DNA of 64,000 nucleotides from Curvularia clavata (taxonomy: Eukaryota). Location of the stretch: contig CP089281.1 in assembly GCA_023920165.1 (NCBI GenBank), positions 434,001 through 498,000 of the forward strand, given 5' to 3'. Below the pieces are notes generated by a model. It worked only from the letters and a program-made list of their open reading frames with translations, did no database searches and was not told where the DNA came from. The translations under genes and the position numbers were made by a program. How positions within the stretch are numbered: position 1 is the stretch's first letter; every line of letters begins with the position of its first letter. This document shows, in pieces, positions 47,665-59,977 of the stretch.

Positions 47665-50600
47665 TTAGACGCTAACTGTGCGTCGAACGCCCATTTCAGG
47701 CTTCTGTGCATAGCCTATGAGAAGTTTGAAGCTCGTGCCACGCTTCTCACATTCTTGAATGAGGCTTTCGTCACGCCAGATACTGGTCTCGAGCATAGTA
47801 CCAGAGGTAGCGGCCCCAGGTTCTCCGGCTTCGGGCAGAACAAGGGATTCGTAGCAGCGAGAGTACCACCATCGACCCACGCGTGCGACCATGTTAGTGA
47901 TGTCGTTGTTGGTAGACTCCGATGCCGAAGAGGCATTGAGGAGTTCCGAGAAGGAAACCTCGGGCTTGGGTTGGCTGGGTGGCGCCGTGGGATTAGTTGT
48001 CTTTCCCGTTGAGCTCATTGTACTGTCTTTTCTGATGGTGGAAGTGGGCTTCATGTCATCAAGACCAGGAAGCTTTCCAGCAACAGGAACACCAACAACA
48101 CATCGGCTGCACTCAACAAAGCCTTTGCGGCCAATGCCGGCCATGACCTCGTCGCTGATATTGCGGAGTGAGATGTTTTCATCAGCAACTTGCATCCTCA
48201 TCTTCAGGCCACGAACAGCACGGCGAGCACGGTTGCCCATGTTGACGAGATCCATATCAAGGACGCTGAACTCGAGGTAGCCACCAGGCCGTAAGACCCG
48301 CTTCGCTTCCGAAAGGACGAAGTGGTGTTCCGACGAAGGAAGTGCAGTCGGGAATCGAAGCACAACGCATGCAAAGAAGTGCATAGGGAAGGGGAAAGCC
48401 TTGCTAAGAGAGGGGTGGCAGATGTGGCGATGGTTACCAAGAGTCGACCAAGCTTCGGCTGTGCCCTCAGATGACGTCGTCGGAGATGGATCGGGTCCCA
48501 TATCATACACGGTTGCCTCGGGATAGGTCAATGCGCAGTAATAGGACCAGTCTTTGCCAAGACCATCAATGACTAAGACACGGTCCTCGTTTGGATTCTT
48601 GAGCTCAAAGTGAATCGGGCTAAACAGGACACGGCCGAAAGAAAGCCATTTGCTGATCATAAGGGCGCCAAAACGAAGGTTTGCCATGGACAAGAGGCCG
48701 TCAGTTTGACTCTCGGCTATGTCCATCAATCGCGAGTCTCTGTATCGGTTTGTGGCCGCGCTATCACGGTCTCTGCTTGACTTGGACGCAACAGTTCCTC
48801 TTGATTGTCGTGCACTCTGTGAAAGGCTGGCTGGAAGACTGGAACGGGTTGAGCGCTTGGCAGTAGATCCAGTGGAAAGACGAGGACTGGCGGGTAAGCT
48901 CAATCTTCCAGTGACGGGATCGACGACACTGATTTTGCGCTCGCCGTAATCCGAGATGAATTCCGAGAAAGATACTGACGAAGTTGGGGACTGGTTGGAA
49001 TGCAGGACGGCTAGCAGACGAGAGCGACGAAGGTGTAGAGACGGATTCGTAACCTCGTCGTCGTCGTCGTGCTCTGAAATAGGCACGTTGATCGGTGCCT
49101 TGGGTCTTAGAGGCATCGGTTCAAGAGAAGGGTGACTGCGAAGGCTCCTCCTAGGTTCGGCGGTGCGAGTAGTGCCAGGCGAGAGAACCTCGTCAATCAA
49201 ATCGTCATACTCGTTCCATAGCTCATCTTCCGATAGCGGTGCTCCAGGGCTAGGCACTACAGCAGTGCTTGCAGCCGGAGCAAAGCTCCAGACGCCTGAG
49301 CTACTCGAATAGGATACTTCGGAGTCTTTGCGAGGTGGAAACTTGAAGAACTCGCTTCTACGGTTGGCCTCATCCTCTCCGGGACTAATAGTTGCAATAG
49401 CAGACCCGTGGCTAAGGGCACTCAGACCTTGAAGGATTGGATATGGCTCAACCGGCCCTGCTGTTGCAACTACAGAGCCGATCGAATCAAAAGATGTACG
49501 CGGCAGAGCTGTTGGACGAGGTTGATTTGCAGCAAAAGGGCGGGAGAATGACCGAGAAGACGGGCGGCCGGGTTGGCGACGGGTGGAGACGACTTGAGGG
49601 ATACGACCAACTTGAGCTAGGCGACTAGGCCGCGGAGGTAGATTGGCAGGTGGCGGACCAGGCGATGGGATATCCTGAGGAAGAAAATAGGTGTCTTGGC
49701 TGGGCCCGATATTGCTAGGTGTTGGTTCCGGTTCTGATTCAGGGATTTGAGCAGGAATTGTTGCATTTGATGACGCAAATTCGTTGTCCTGTACTGGAAA
49801 CGAATCTGCGAAAGGAGACGAGGACCGTGAAAGATCAGTCACGGGCGTCAGGTCTGCTGGTGAATAACGTTCCGGTTCGTAAGGAACCTGAACATTAGTG
49901 TCAATGACCAACTTGCTAGGCTGTTCAGACTGTTCAGACTGTTGTGGTGGTGCTGCCTCTGAACGCAAGAAGACCTTAGGTGAAGCAGGGCGTGCCATCG
50001 GTACAAGACTAGGCTCGAGAATTGGCTTGGGTGGCAGCAACATAGATAGCATTCGCTCCTTCCTTCCGGGCTCATCGTCAGAGAGAGCGCTCTCGGTCCC
50101 TTCATCGGCCTCCTTCATCAGCTGCTCAATATCGTCAAGCCCAAGGCCCGACTGATCCATCAAAGCATAGTGCGCGACAGAACGAGAAGTGGTCGTTTTG
50201 TTGCTAGGGCTAACTGCAGGGCCTGCTGGTGTGTCTGCACGAGGTCCTGCGTGGGCGCGCTGGAAGAAGTTCCATCTCTTGGATGGCTTCGATATCTCCT
50301 TCTCAGCCTTGTTCTTCTTCGATGATTTCAACCATGAACCCTCTTTGATCTCAGACGCAGCTTCACTAATAGAATTCTTGCGAATTCTTCCGGGCATGCG
50401 GCTTGAGGACGAAGAACCACCAGGTAGGGACGATTTTCTCGTTTCGTCGTCGCTTTCTGAAGGCCTTCGCAATCCCATAGTCATTTTCTTCATTGGGGAT
50501 ACCCCACGCATAGTGTCCGGCAGTGCAGAAGGCAACAGTATCGGTTGATTCTTCTCGATTGACATACTGCCCTCTATCTTGTTTGTTCTCGCTGTTTGCT

Positions 50601-52437
50601 GAATAGACACGTCGAGGCTGCTGGTACTCTGCATTGGTTCAGGGCTGCGCGAGAGCTCTGTGCTGCTTCCCGTGCCCCGAATGACCACTGGAGCGAGTCG
50701 ATTCAGAAAGAAGTCGTCCATTTCTCCGCTTGTTGTACTTGTCATACTGCTCTTGCGGGTAGAGGGCGTCTTGTCCAGACTCTCAGTGGTTGTGCCGGCG
50801 CTGGCGGAACGTCCGATACTATTGCTGCTGATCGAGCTGCCACTGCGACCCCTGACTGCATAGCGTCCATATCCTTCATGACCAGTACCGGCCGCTGGCC
50901 CTCTGCGGTGTAACTTGCCATCTGACTTGGTGGGAACGGCGGGCTCGGTTTTTGTGCGACGTGTGAAAAATCCAAATCTAGAGGTTTTGCTCGGGCTCGG
51001 GGCCGTTGTTGGTGCAGGTCCGCTACTAGTTCTTCTTGTTTTCCGATCGAGCTGCAAGTCCGGTGTAGGCCCACGGGATACCGATCGAGCAGGTGGTGGC
51101 AATGCTGAAGATGGATTTGGTGATGGAAGCCTCGAAGGTTGTTTTGCTGGAGTGGTCGTCTTAGATCTCAATGTGGATGCCATGGCTATCTTGGATTCAG
51201 ACGATGTACTTCGCTTATGATGGGATGGGAAGTAAGGCATGTTACTTTGGATGATTGGCGATGGGCCTCGAAGTCCTGATAGTTCTGGAGCACCATCTCT
51301 GCTGGGCCTCGATGGTCTTCTTGTTGATGGCATCGAAATAGGTGATTGGTTTGCAAGATGAGCAAACTCTGGGGGTGCCTGAGGTTGTGGTCTCTCGTTT
51401 TTGCTCGATACTACGTCTGATGTTCGAGGACTTTGAGGAAGAGTGGCTAGCGTGCTGGGCGACGGTTTGTCTTTGTGCTTTGTGCCTTCGGTGACAACCG
51501 TAGAGGTTGATGATGAGGATGTGGAAGATTCTCTAACCGTAGAAAGTGCGTGCGGGTGGCGACTGTTTGTCTCATCCGGAGTCTTATGTCGAGTGACAGG
51601 CGGTCTGCTCTGTAAGGGGCTCGCTTGCCGTGTCCGGTTCGAGGCCCTCGAAAGAGTCGCTGCTGGTGAGTAGGACGACATCGACGTAGGGGTTGATGAG
51701 ACACTGAAAGGCCCCGGAGACTCTGAGCAGCGGGTTGATGGAGTTGCAGAGAGCGCATATTGTGGAGCTGGAAGAGGAAGAACGTCTGTGGGTCCAATCT
51801 CATCATCGTAAAGCGGATTGTTGTACGGCTCGACATGGGCTTCAGAACTAGCCAGTATTGTTGAGGATGGTGGTAGCGAAATTCCCAAAACAGTCTCGGA
51901 GAAAGGGTCCTTGTAGCCACCAGGTATCCCTTCCATCGGTTGAGCATCGTCTTGAGATGACATTGAATCATCCCTGATCCGTATTGCCTGCCGAGTAGTA
52001 GTGGTAATCCCAACACTCGTTTGCTTTCTCCGGAGAACATTCGATCGAGGGCTCTCGATAGTCGATGCTGATGACCCCGATGCGAGCGAAGGTGTTCGTA
52101 TACTCTGGGGAACCTCGAGCTTTGGTAACCGCGATGTCGAAGTTTGAGATGTTGGTTTCGAGCTTGAAGCGCTTGGGTGCTGAGGAAACATGGGCGTAGA
52201 CCGGCTGGTAGTCCTGTGGCGCAAGCTGAATGTTGAACCCGACCCTGCTTGGCTTACATGTCCTCTGTGCTGCGCCTCTTCATCTCTTGAAGTCTTCCTC
52301 TTTTGCAGCTTGGATTGGCTGGAGGCAGGTAGCTGCGATGTGCCTGTAGTGGGAGTAATGGATCGTTGAGGTAACCGGGTGATGGGTGCTCTGTCCTCCC
52401 TTCTTGAGAGAGGGTTTTGTGACTTATAAGAAGCCAT
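47665..52437 (-). CDS. Large Ser/Pro-rich protein with C-terminal SAM-dependent methyltransferase-like domain
   Basis: 1590-aa ORF; WLSFGRVLFSP, RVLVIDGLG, EAKRVLRPGGYLE. Confidence 0.88.
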   Translation of the reverse strand: MASYKSQNPLSRREDRAPITRLPQRSITPTTGTSQLPASSQSKLQKRKTSRDEEAQHRGHVSQAGSGSTFSLRHRTTSRSTPMFPQHPSASSSKPTSQTSTSRLPKLEVPQSIRTPSLASGSSASTIESPRSNVLRRKQTSVGITTTTRQAIRIRDDSMSSQDDAQPMEGIPGGYKDPFSETVLGISLPPSSTILASSEAHVEPYNNPLYDDEIGPTDVLPLPAPQYALSATPSTRCSESPGPFSVSSTPTSMSSYSPAATLSRASNRTRQASPLQSRPPVTRHKTPDETNSRHPHALSTVRESSTSSSSTSTVVTEGTKHKDKPSPSTLATLPQSPRTSDVVSSKNERPQPQAPPEFAHLANQSPISMPSTRRPSRPSRDGAPELSGLRGPSPIIQSNMPYFPSHHKRSTSSESKIAMASTLRSKTTTPAKQPSRLPSPNPSSALPPPARSVSRGPTPDLQLDRKTRRTSSGPAPTTAPSPSKTSRFGFFTRRTKTEPAVPTKSDGKLHRRGPAAGTGHEGYGRYAVRGRSGSSISSNSIGRSASAGTTTESLDKTPSTRKSSMTSTTSGEMDDFFLNRLAPVVIRGTGSSTELSRSPEPMQSTSSLDVSIQQTARTNKIEGSMSIEKNQPILLPSALPDTMRGVSPMKKMTMGLRRPSESDDETRKSSLPGGSSSSSRMPGRIRKNSISEAASEIKEGSWLKSSKKNKAEKEISKPSKRWNFFQRAHAGPRADTPAGPAVSPSNKTTTSRSVAHYALMDQSGLGLDDIEQLMKEADEGTESALSDDEPGRKERMLSMLLPPKPILEPSLVPMARPASPKVFLRSEAAPPQQSEQSEQPSKLVIDTNVQVPYEPERYSPADLTPVTDLSRSSSPFADSFPVQDNEFASSNATIPAQIPESEPEPTPSNIGPSQDTYFLPQDIPSPGPPPANLPPRPSRLAQVGRIPQVVSTRRQPGRPSSRSFSRPFAANQPRPTALPRTSFDSIGSVVATAGPVEPYPILQGLSALSHGSAIATISPGEDEANRRSEFFKFPPRKDSEVSYSSSSGVWSFAPAASTAVVPSPGAPLSEDELWNEYDDLIDEVLSPGTTRTAEPRRSLRSHPSLEPMPLRPKAPINVPISEHDDDDEVTNPSLHLRRSRLLAVLHSNQSPTSSVSFSEFISDYGERKISVVDPVTGRLSLPASPRLSTGSTAKRSTRSSLPASLSQSARQSRGTVASKSSRDRDSAATNRYRDSRLMDIAESQTDGLLSMANLRFGALMISKWLSFGRVLFSPIHFELKNPNEDRVLVIDGLGKDWSYYCALTYPEATVYDMGPDPSPTTSSEGTAEAWSTLGNHRHICHPSLSKAFPFPMHFFACVVLRFPTALPSSEHHFVLSEAKRVLRPGGYLEFSVLDMDLVNMGNRARRAVRGLKMRMQVADENISLRNISDEVMAGIGRKGFVECSRCVVGVPVAGKLPGLDDMKPTSTIRKDSTMSSTGKTTNPTAPPSQPKPEVSFSELLNASSASESTNNDITNMVARVGRWWYSRCYESLVLPEAGEPGAATSGTMLETSIWRDESLIQECEKRGTSFKLLIGYAQKPEMGVRRTVSV

Positions 52438-55400
52438 AATGGGTAGCCTTGTGTAACGCGGCTAGATGTACGACAGATGCTTGTGTGCACCGAGTAACTC
52501 ATGAAGGCATGTGCTTACCCTCCTGTAAGACGCTTCAGGTGAAAGTTTTGAGCCAAGGGTAAGCGGAAAACCGCGATCCGAAACCGTTAGCAAAAGTGAG
52601 CTTGGAAAAAAACTCCGTAGAGCGAATTGATAGTAGTAGGTTCAGCTGATGGCGGGAGCGCTAGAATAACCGGACGGGGGTGGCGATTCGGGACTTGTTG
52701 CAGCGACTGAGATTGCAAGTCCATCCATATAAGTCATCCGACCATACGGTACGTGCAATACTGCGTATCCGTGCAGACTTTCGGTGAGGTTGTCAAACTC
52801 TTGCTTGTATGCCACATCTATCGGCAAGTCCGAAAACGACTGGTGGGTGTGGCGCAGTCGGCAAAGCCCGAGAGGAGGCTGTGCCCAGGGTACGGCAAGA
52901 TGGGACGAAAATCGACCACGTCGCTCGCAAGGAACAACGAGATAATGACGGGTGTTATACTCAAGCCCTGACGGAAGCTCACGCGTCCCGTCTCGTCTGT
53001 TCTTACCTCAGGGTCGACTGTCCAAGCGCGGGGCTTCAACCGACAGTCGCCTCAGTGGGGCTTTTTGCGGATGAGCCGTCTCAAAAACGGAGGACCAGTC
53101 CAGAGGCCGCTTTCGAGTAGGCCTGGGGTATTCGGGAATGTACTCTGTCAGTTTCGTAAGCTCAGCGATGGGATCTGTTGGATGTGATCGCTTCAGCGAT
53201 CGTTGCTGTTGCGGGGTGCGTAGGCTTGCATATGTACGACCTCGCGACGTACGCATCTTGATGCGAAGACATGTTCGACAGAGCCATCGCCGGCGGCCTT
53301 GCGATATTGGGCTTGTTCCGGTACGGCGACATCCTGGTCCATCACGGGCGCTTGGGCTTGGATAGGTGGGTGGAGGCCTCTGGCTCGAAGGGGGAGGACA
53401 GCCAGTCGAGTTGCTGAATGATGGTGGTGGGCGGTGATTCGCAGACAGACCTTGCGCGGCGGCAGCCAAGTACAGAGTCCAATTGGCTGTGAGGCCGCCC
53501 CCATCCGACCCTTACCCACCAACATTATGCCGTTTCAAACGCCCAGCAACCCTTTCCACAAGCCTCGCGTTTACTATTACTTTTTTGAGACATTACTCGT
53601 GGCAGGGCTCCTGTTTTGAGAGCTGAAGAGTCCTATTCTTCTCAACAAGAGGTCTTGAACAAGCAGCAGTGACATCGCAAAGTGCTCACTTGTCCAAATC
53701 CGCATCTCCAGCTACACCTGCTACACTCAGCTCATCATATCTGCCTGACTATCAGCCATCGGTTGTGCAATCGAGCTCAAAAAAGGACCGACATGGCTAT
53801 CAACGGCTCGTATGCATCTGCCTCAATCAGGCCGGGCAATAGATTCGTTGAGAAGCCTTCACCGTCGAGGGTTGTCTGACTGTTCAATCAGGACTTGCAG
53901 GGCAACAGGCCGCTTGTGTTTCCCATGCAGTAACAGTCATATGGCTTTATGAGCGATTTTCGCGATGTTTACCCAATGTGTCTCTCAATTTTCGTCACTG
54001 CTCTATTCTCGTGACCATTGCATGCTCTGACCAGGAGCCTGAGGATCTACTCCTTAGGTGGTGGCATTATGCCGTAGGCCGGAGGGTCCGTCTCCAGGAT
54101 GCTCCAGTGTGGCTGAGTGCCTCGATCCGGTCTAGCTGCAGGCGAATTTGAGGCTGAGCTGTCGATCTACCTCGCCACAGTGACAACGCATCAAAAAGCT
54201 GCGCAACTCACCGTGGGCGTACAGTTTTTCCATTTTTTCCTTTCCTCTACGATGGCAAAGACGGTCCTTCTTGCTATCTGAACGGTTTCATCTACGGCTC
54301 GGAGCAAGGAGGGTCTGGTCGAGGGTGCGATCCACAGTCCAGGTCGCACCTAAGCCGCTTTACCTGCTGACCCCGGCTTTGGACGCTCATTCGTGCTCTG
54401 TCAATGTGAAAAAAACGGCCGCCCGCATGGCCATATGGTCATGTGACGACGCCATACCGGATAGAGGAGGGCCTGGTGAAGAGCTACGGCCAATAAGAGA
54501 TTGAATTGGGCCGTTGACGTTACTACTGGTCGCGGCTCGATACAGGGATTCAGTGAGCTCATCCATGGATACCGCACATATGGGAAGCTACGGTAGAGGT
54601 GTTCAACAAGTTGACCCAAGGTTTACTAGTTCTCCAGAGTGGTGTTGGGATCTGAGACACTTCAGTAAGTGTTGCAACCCATACGGCAAGTCTTCCCTGC
54701 CCATTTTAAATGCTATGCAGACCCGAGCCAATGTGTAACATTTGAAGCCATAGTAGTGCTACATACAGCGCAAACTCTTCAGCTCACACTGTCGATGTTT
54801 CGTATCTATATTTTGCTAGCCCTAGTATTCAAAGTGCCAACATTCGAGTCCAGTGCTTGCTCATGTTAACCGCCCAGTTAAAGGATGCATGACATACTCT
54901 GTCGACATCGGAACGAGAAAGGGCCCACCGCGGACCTGTCTTGCTCGCACACCGATTCGCGCGATGACCCCACTCGTTAGTCGAATGGAGAAGGGAGGAA
55001 AGGGAGGGCGGCACGGCGCGACTGCGTCAGTGTCTACGAATCACTTGCTGTAGACACTCGATCGCCCTGTGAGCGCCGGTGGAGCCCGGCCCGCGGCGGT
55101 ACGAACAGGAAATAAGTTCTCGTGATACCAGTTCGTGGAAATGACGACTTCTCGGCCAATGTGTGATTTGGTTGTGTCGCCATCTGGCCGTCAAGCCGCC
55201 CAAGCACAAAGTTCTGTCAGGCAGTAGAGCAGCAGTAGCGCGGGATATAACAGAAAGAGGGCGCTTCCATCACCTTTAGCTTCCGGTTTTCGGAGTTCCT
55301 ACTCTTTCGAGTCTGTTATGCACAGTGACTCATCTCATCGCACGAAATCTGTGTCTCGTCGGCAGAGAGTAAATTCGCCGGCAGGAAACGCTGATGTAGT

Positions 55401-55928
55401 GACAAGGTTGGGGATTGATAATTTACCATAATCATTATCAGAATCTCCACATATTCCAGTGACTATGAATATAAGAGTCCCCTGTCGATTGAAGTGTCAG
55501 TGATTCTCGGTGTACCAAGGATAGGCCTGGCCTCTCAACTTGTCAGTAGTAGCGACGCATAGCCATGTAAGACATTGTTGACGTTTTTTTGGGTCTAGAT
55601 TTCTTGGCGAGCTCCCTTCCGAGTGTGAGAGATTTGGATGGTGGCGTCAGCAAGTATGGAGATCGCTCAACGCCTCACTTATGTTCTGGCCGCTCGAAAG
55701 AACTGCTGCTACTCAACAACAAGATGCGTCTAAATGGAAACAGCCGCGGTACACTCGCATGATGTTAAGGTAAACAGCTGCTTTCCGCTGTTGTCGACAA
55801 ATTCATCTACTTGGCTAGTTATATGCAGATGTACAGGAGTGGTCAGTTTGAAAGCATGTCACGTGACTGCGCGTCAGTTTAACAAGACACGCAAACTTTC
55901 CCACATAGAGATACTGTCGCATCGCATC

Positions 55929-56337
55929 ATGTCTCAGCAGAAAGTTACGAAATATCAGGAGCGCGTATATGCGGCGCTCCAGCAGATTCCAGAAGGTCGT
56001 GTCACGACATATGCCGCCATGGCAAAAGCTTTGAACAGCTCTCCGCGAGCCGTGGGAAGCGCGTTACGCGTAAATCCGTTCTGCCCAGCAGTACCTTGTC
56101 ATCGGTGCATCGCCAGTACCGGGGTGTGTACTCCACAGTGGGAATCGACGCAGTTTGTACTGACTGATATAGTTTATTGGTGGCTTCAAGGGTGACTGGG
56201 AGAAGGCACCGAGCGGACAAAACCAAGAGTCGAAACTGCAGCTACTAAAAGAAGAGGGCGTGTCGTTCAATGAAGAGGGATTCTTGGTTGATCGTAGCTT
56301 GCTTTGGGATGACTTCAACAAAGAGAAACTGAATTGA
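55929..56337 (+). CDS. O6-alkylguanine-DNA alkyltransferase (MGMT) family, single domain; intron 56124-56172
   Basis: IPEGRVTTY, RAVG, active-site VPCHRC, FIGGF, LLKEEGV. Confidence 0.9.
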
Positions 56338-56622
56338 ATGCTGTAAAGGTTACAAGGCTGATCGAAGTGGGGCAAGCGGAAGTGGGGTGGTTAAGAAGTT
56401 TCGCATCCTAAAGCAGTGCGGCTAGGAGACAGCTTTATACATCAATCGCCTTCAGAGCGAGGAGAGTTGCATGGTGTTCAGTAGAATTTGCTGAGAAATC
56501 AGACCTAGTAAATTGAGCTTGTGCAGATTTGCCACTCGCACTCTGCCTGTCGCATACTACTTGACACAACCAAAACCAAGACCAAGACCACCGTCTACTT
56601 TCTGTCACGCCCCTTCATCAGA

Positions 56623-58342
56623 ATGCCGCCCAAGCGAAAAGAGTTTCTCAAACCAAAGCCAAAGGGCAAATTGAAACCGCAGGAACCGCAGACCGAAAAC
56701 GACTTTTTAGAAGCCGCAGATGAGTTTGAGCAGGCGGCGGGCAAATGGCGCGCTGGGGATGCTGCGAAGGCCGCTCGCTTCTTCAACAGAGCGATCGACA
56801 TGTACAATCAGGGCTTACAGCTTCACCCCAAGTCGTTCGATCTTGCGTACAATAAGTGAGTGGATCGAGTATCTGCGTTTGCGCCAAGTACTAACGATGC
56901 CCAGAGCAAATCTGCAATACACTATTACCGAGGATGAACGCATCATCTCTCAGTTTGGAAACAGGGTTGCACTACTTGAAGAAACTTTGGCTTCGCATCG
57001 TTTTGCAATCTCATTGAACCCAACCAATACCGACATTCTCTTCAATACTGCCCAGGTACTTACTTCGCTCGCAGAAGCTGGTCTAGAAACCGGTACGCAA
57101 GCAGCGGGAAAGCAAGATGCCAGACCGCTGCTTGAAGAAGCCACTGAAATCTTCACCAAGTGTCTAGAAAGTCAGCAGCAAGAGTATACGCAGGTGCAAG
57201 CCGAAATCGCCAAGGCACAGGCCTCTGCTGAGAACCAGGAAGCGTGGGAAGGAGAACGACAACAACAGCCAGAAGCTCAGGAAGAGGACGATGAAGACAT
57301 GGGGACAGGATCGAGTGATTCAGAAGCACCAGGAGATTGGGCCACTATTGAAGAGCCCTTGACACCTGAATCGATCCTAGAAACATGCACCGCACAGCTG
57401 AGTGCTCTGACAACGCTCCTTGGTCTCTACAACCCAGCACTGGACCTATCGAGTATAGAAAAGAAAGCCCAAGACGGCCTCGACACAGCAACGAATAAAA
57501 TCCCCGCTCTCATTTCACTCATCGACCAGTCCCCCACCACAGCCTCCACCGACACACCCAAAGCTGGTCCTACTTTATCCATTGGCCTCACATCCGCCGA
57601 AGATGAAGCCACGACAACCCCCAAAGACGACGCTCTCCTCACGGCCGCCACCTTCCAAACCAGCATTGCAGAAGTCCAGTACCGCAGTGGCCGCACCACA
57701 TCAACTGAGTACGCTGCTGCCGTTGAGCAAACCTTCACCAACCTCCTGCAAACCGCGCCACAGAACACCACCAGCCCGGACCTCGCCGTCGTCAACATCC
57801 AGTCCGCCTATGCGGACGCCCTCATGGATCTCACCTCCGCCCTCGCAGACGGGACTCAGTACACGCCTTCTGCACCGACATTTACCACCGATACAAACAT
57901 ACAATGGACGGCGTTAACCCAGACGCAAAACATTCTTACCCAGCTCGCTTCCGCGCCGCATTCAGCACTTCTCTCGCCCTCACGGCTGGCAGACGTCTTC
58001 ATCGCGCGCGGCGACACCGATCTCTTCCGCTTCCGTATCTCAATGTTCGAAGGTGCAAAGCCCGGCTGGGCGAAAAGCGGCGCCACGCTCGTGGCGAACG
58101 CGGGTGTCTTTTACCGTGGTGCGAGAAGTTATGCAGACAAGGCGGGTGCGATGCAAGTCTGCGCTGTAGCTGATGCGAAAGCCATTGTTGCGGAGATACT
58201 AAAGGAGGTTGCGAGTGGGCAGGCTAAGGTAAAGGATAGTTGGAGGGGGAGAAGGGGGGATGTGGAAAAAGTGTTGGGGCAGATGGTGGAGGAGGGGATT
58301 GTTGGGTCGGAGAATGTTGATGGAGTGTTGGGGATGATGTAG
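56623..58342 (+). CDS. Hypothetical helical/TPR-like protein (one intron near 56856-56905)
   Basis: Exon 1 ends SFDLAYNK at GTGAGT donor; exon 2 long ORF with DILFNTAQVL TPR-like repeats. Confidence 0.8.
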
Positions 58343-58996
58343 GGGGTGGAGTGGAGGAGATGGCTGGGGGAGTAGTCGCAGGTTTATTGGGCTTGCGATT
58401 TGTCTGGTTGTGAAGAATGTCTCATCTTCAACCAGTCATCTCATACATGAACGCTTTTCGTCTTTTCAGCCACAGGAATAAACTTGGAAAAAGCAACATA
58501 AATGTGATAGATTCCGACTAGAGTTGTTCTCGTATTGGACAGCTCAGACTCAGTAGTGTTTTGACATGTAACGAATTTACATCCATGTGTAACTCGAGAC
58601 AGTGATGATGTGGAATCGGGGCTCAGTGCCAATCCCACACATTTCCTCATGCGCCGCCTCATGATTTTCCAAGCAAATATGACGGGAAAGAATAGTGCGA
58701 CTCAAACTCAAATTACTCAACAGTAAACCTGCATGACCAGCCACACTTCACAACAGGGAAAGAGCAGACAATCAAAATACCAAGCATGGGGACTTGCCGG
58801 GATCGCAGTGAGCCCAGCCTAGTTTCTAGATATTGATCATTCAACAGGCATAATATACAATCGTACGTCTTATTGTTGTATCCTCTTTTTTCCACAAACC
58901 GGAGCAATATAGTGAACTCCCCACGATTCCCCGCTAGCTCCTCGTCTTCCATGTTCAAAATGAATTGTATTTTCCCAGTTTCCAGCTCAGCCGACC

Positions 58997-59977
58997 TCAC
59001 CTCAAGCCAGCCAGTCGGCGCTCCTGAACTTCGGACAGGGCTCGGCTACCACTCAAAAAGGCAACGGCTCCCACGACAGCGGCTGCAGGCAGGGTCTGGA
59101 AGAGGTTCCAGGATGTATAGTACAGGAAAAATATGCCCTCCATAGCCAGTATGGAACCATAGAAAAGTGCGTGTGACACAGGTGCATTTCCCAGGGCCTT
59201 GCCCAAGTGGCTAGCATTCGCGCCCAGAGTAGCCCATGCTCCAAGCAGGATTGGAAGCGCGGCAGCAACGGCAGCCGCAAATACCAGGGTTATGACCTTG
59301 GGTGGAGACTTGGGGTCGCTGCGGAAGATGTGGTGGATCTCGGGTGAAGCGGCGAAGCGGACAGGCGGGTCGGGAATGCTGAGGGGAATGCTGGGGTCGC
59401 GGGTGATGGCCAAATCAAACACCTTGCTTTTATAGGGTTTGGACGAACCGAATGAGCCGATGACGAGGGAGGCAGCAATTGGTTTCTCAGCCGTGAGGAA
59501 TTGATGGGGTAGGTCCTTCTGGGACTGCAATGGTCAGGGATGCTGGCAGCAGCCATTGAAAAGCAATACGTACGAGATCGACCTTGCCCTTTCCACTCTC
59601 CTTTACGCTGAGTAAGAAAGAGTCTTCCACACCCGTGTCTGGATCGGTCAGGGTCAGGGATGCCTGGTGTGGGCGCTTTGCAGTTCCTCCATCGACGGTG
59701 CTGAGGACCAGCTTCAACGTGTCGGTCGGGCCTAGTGATACAGACTTTCCGAGCGGTGTCGACGGGCTCAGCCTAAAGGAACCGTGTCAGTGGCTTGCTC
59801 ATTGAACGAATACAGAGCTTCGGTTTGAGCTTACTTGGCCTTGGAACCACCACCTACACCAGCACCTTTGCTTGCAACCGACACAGTAGCATCTTCAAAG
59901 CTCCACGAAGAAGCAGCAGATACAATTGCTGCGCTCGATAGTAATAGCGAAGAAACAAAGCTGTCGAAAACCCTCAT
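58997..59977 (-). CDS. swp1: Oligosaccharyltransferase delta subunit (ribophorin II/Swp1), two introns
   Basis: Signal peptide, AKRPHQA, PEIHHIFRSDPKSPPK, three C-terminal TM segments, WNLFQTLP, GSRALSEVQERR. Confidence 0.92.

Noticed and set aside
52500..55900. 3.4-kb gap with many short ORFs; searched for tRNA/5S/snoRNA
   Set aside because: No RNA-gene signature or protein motif recognised
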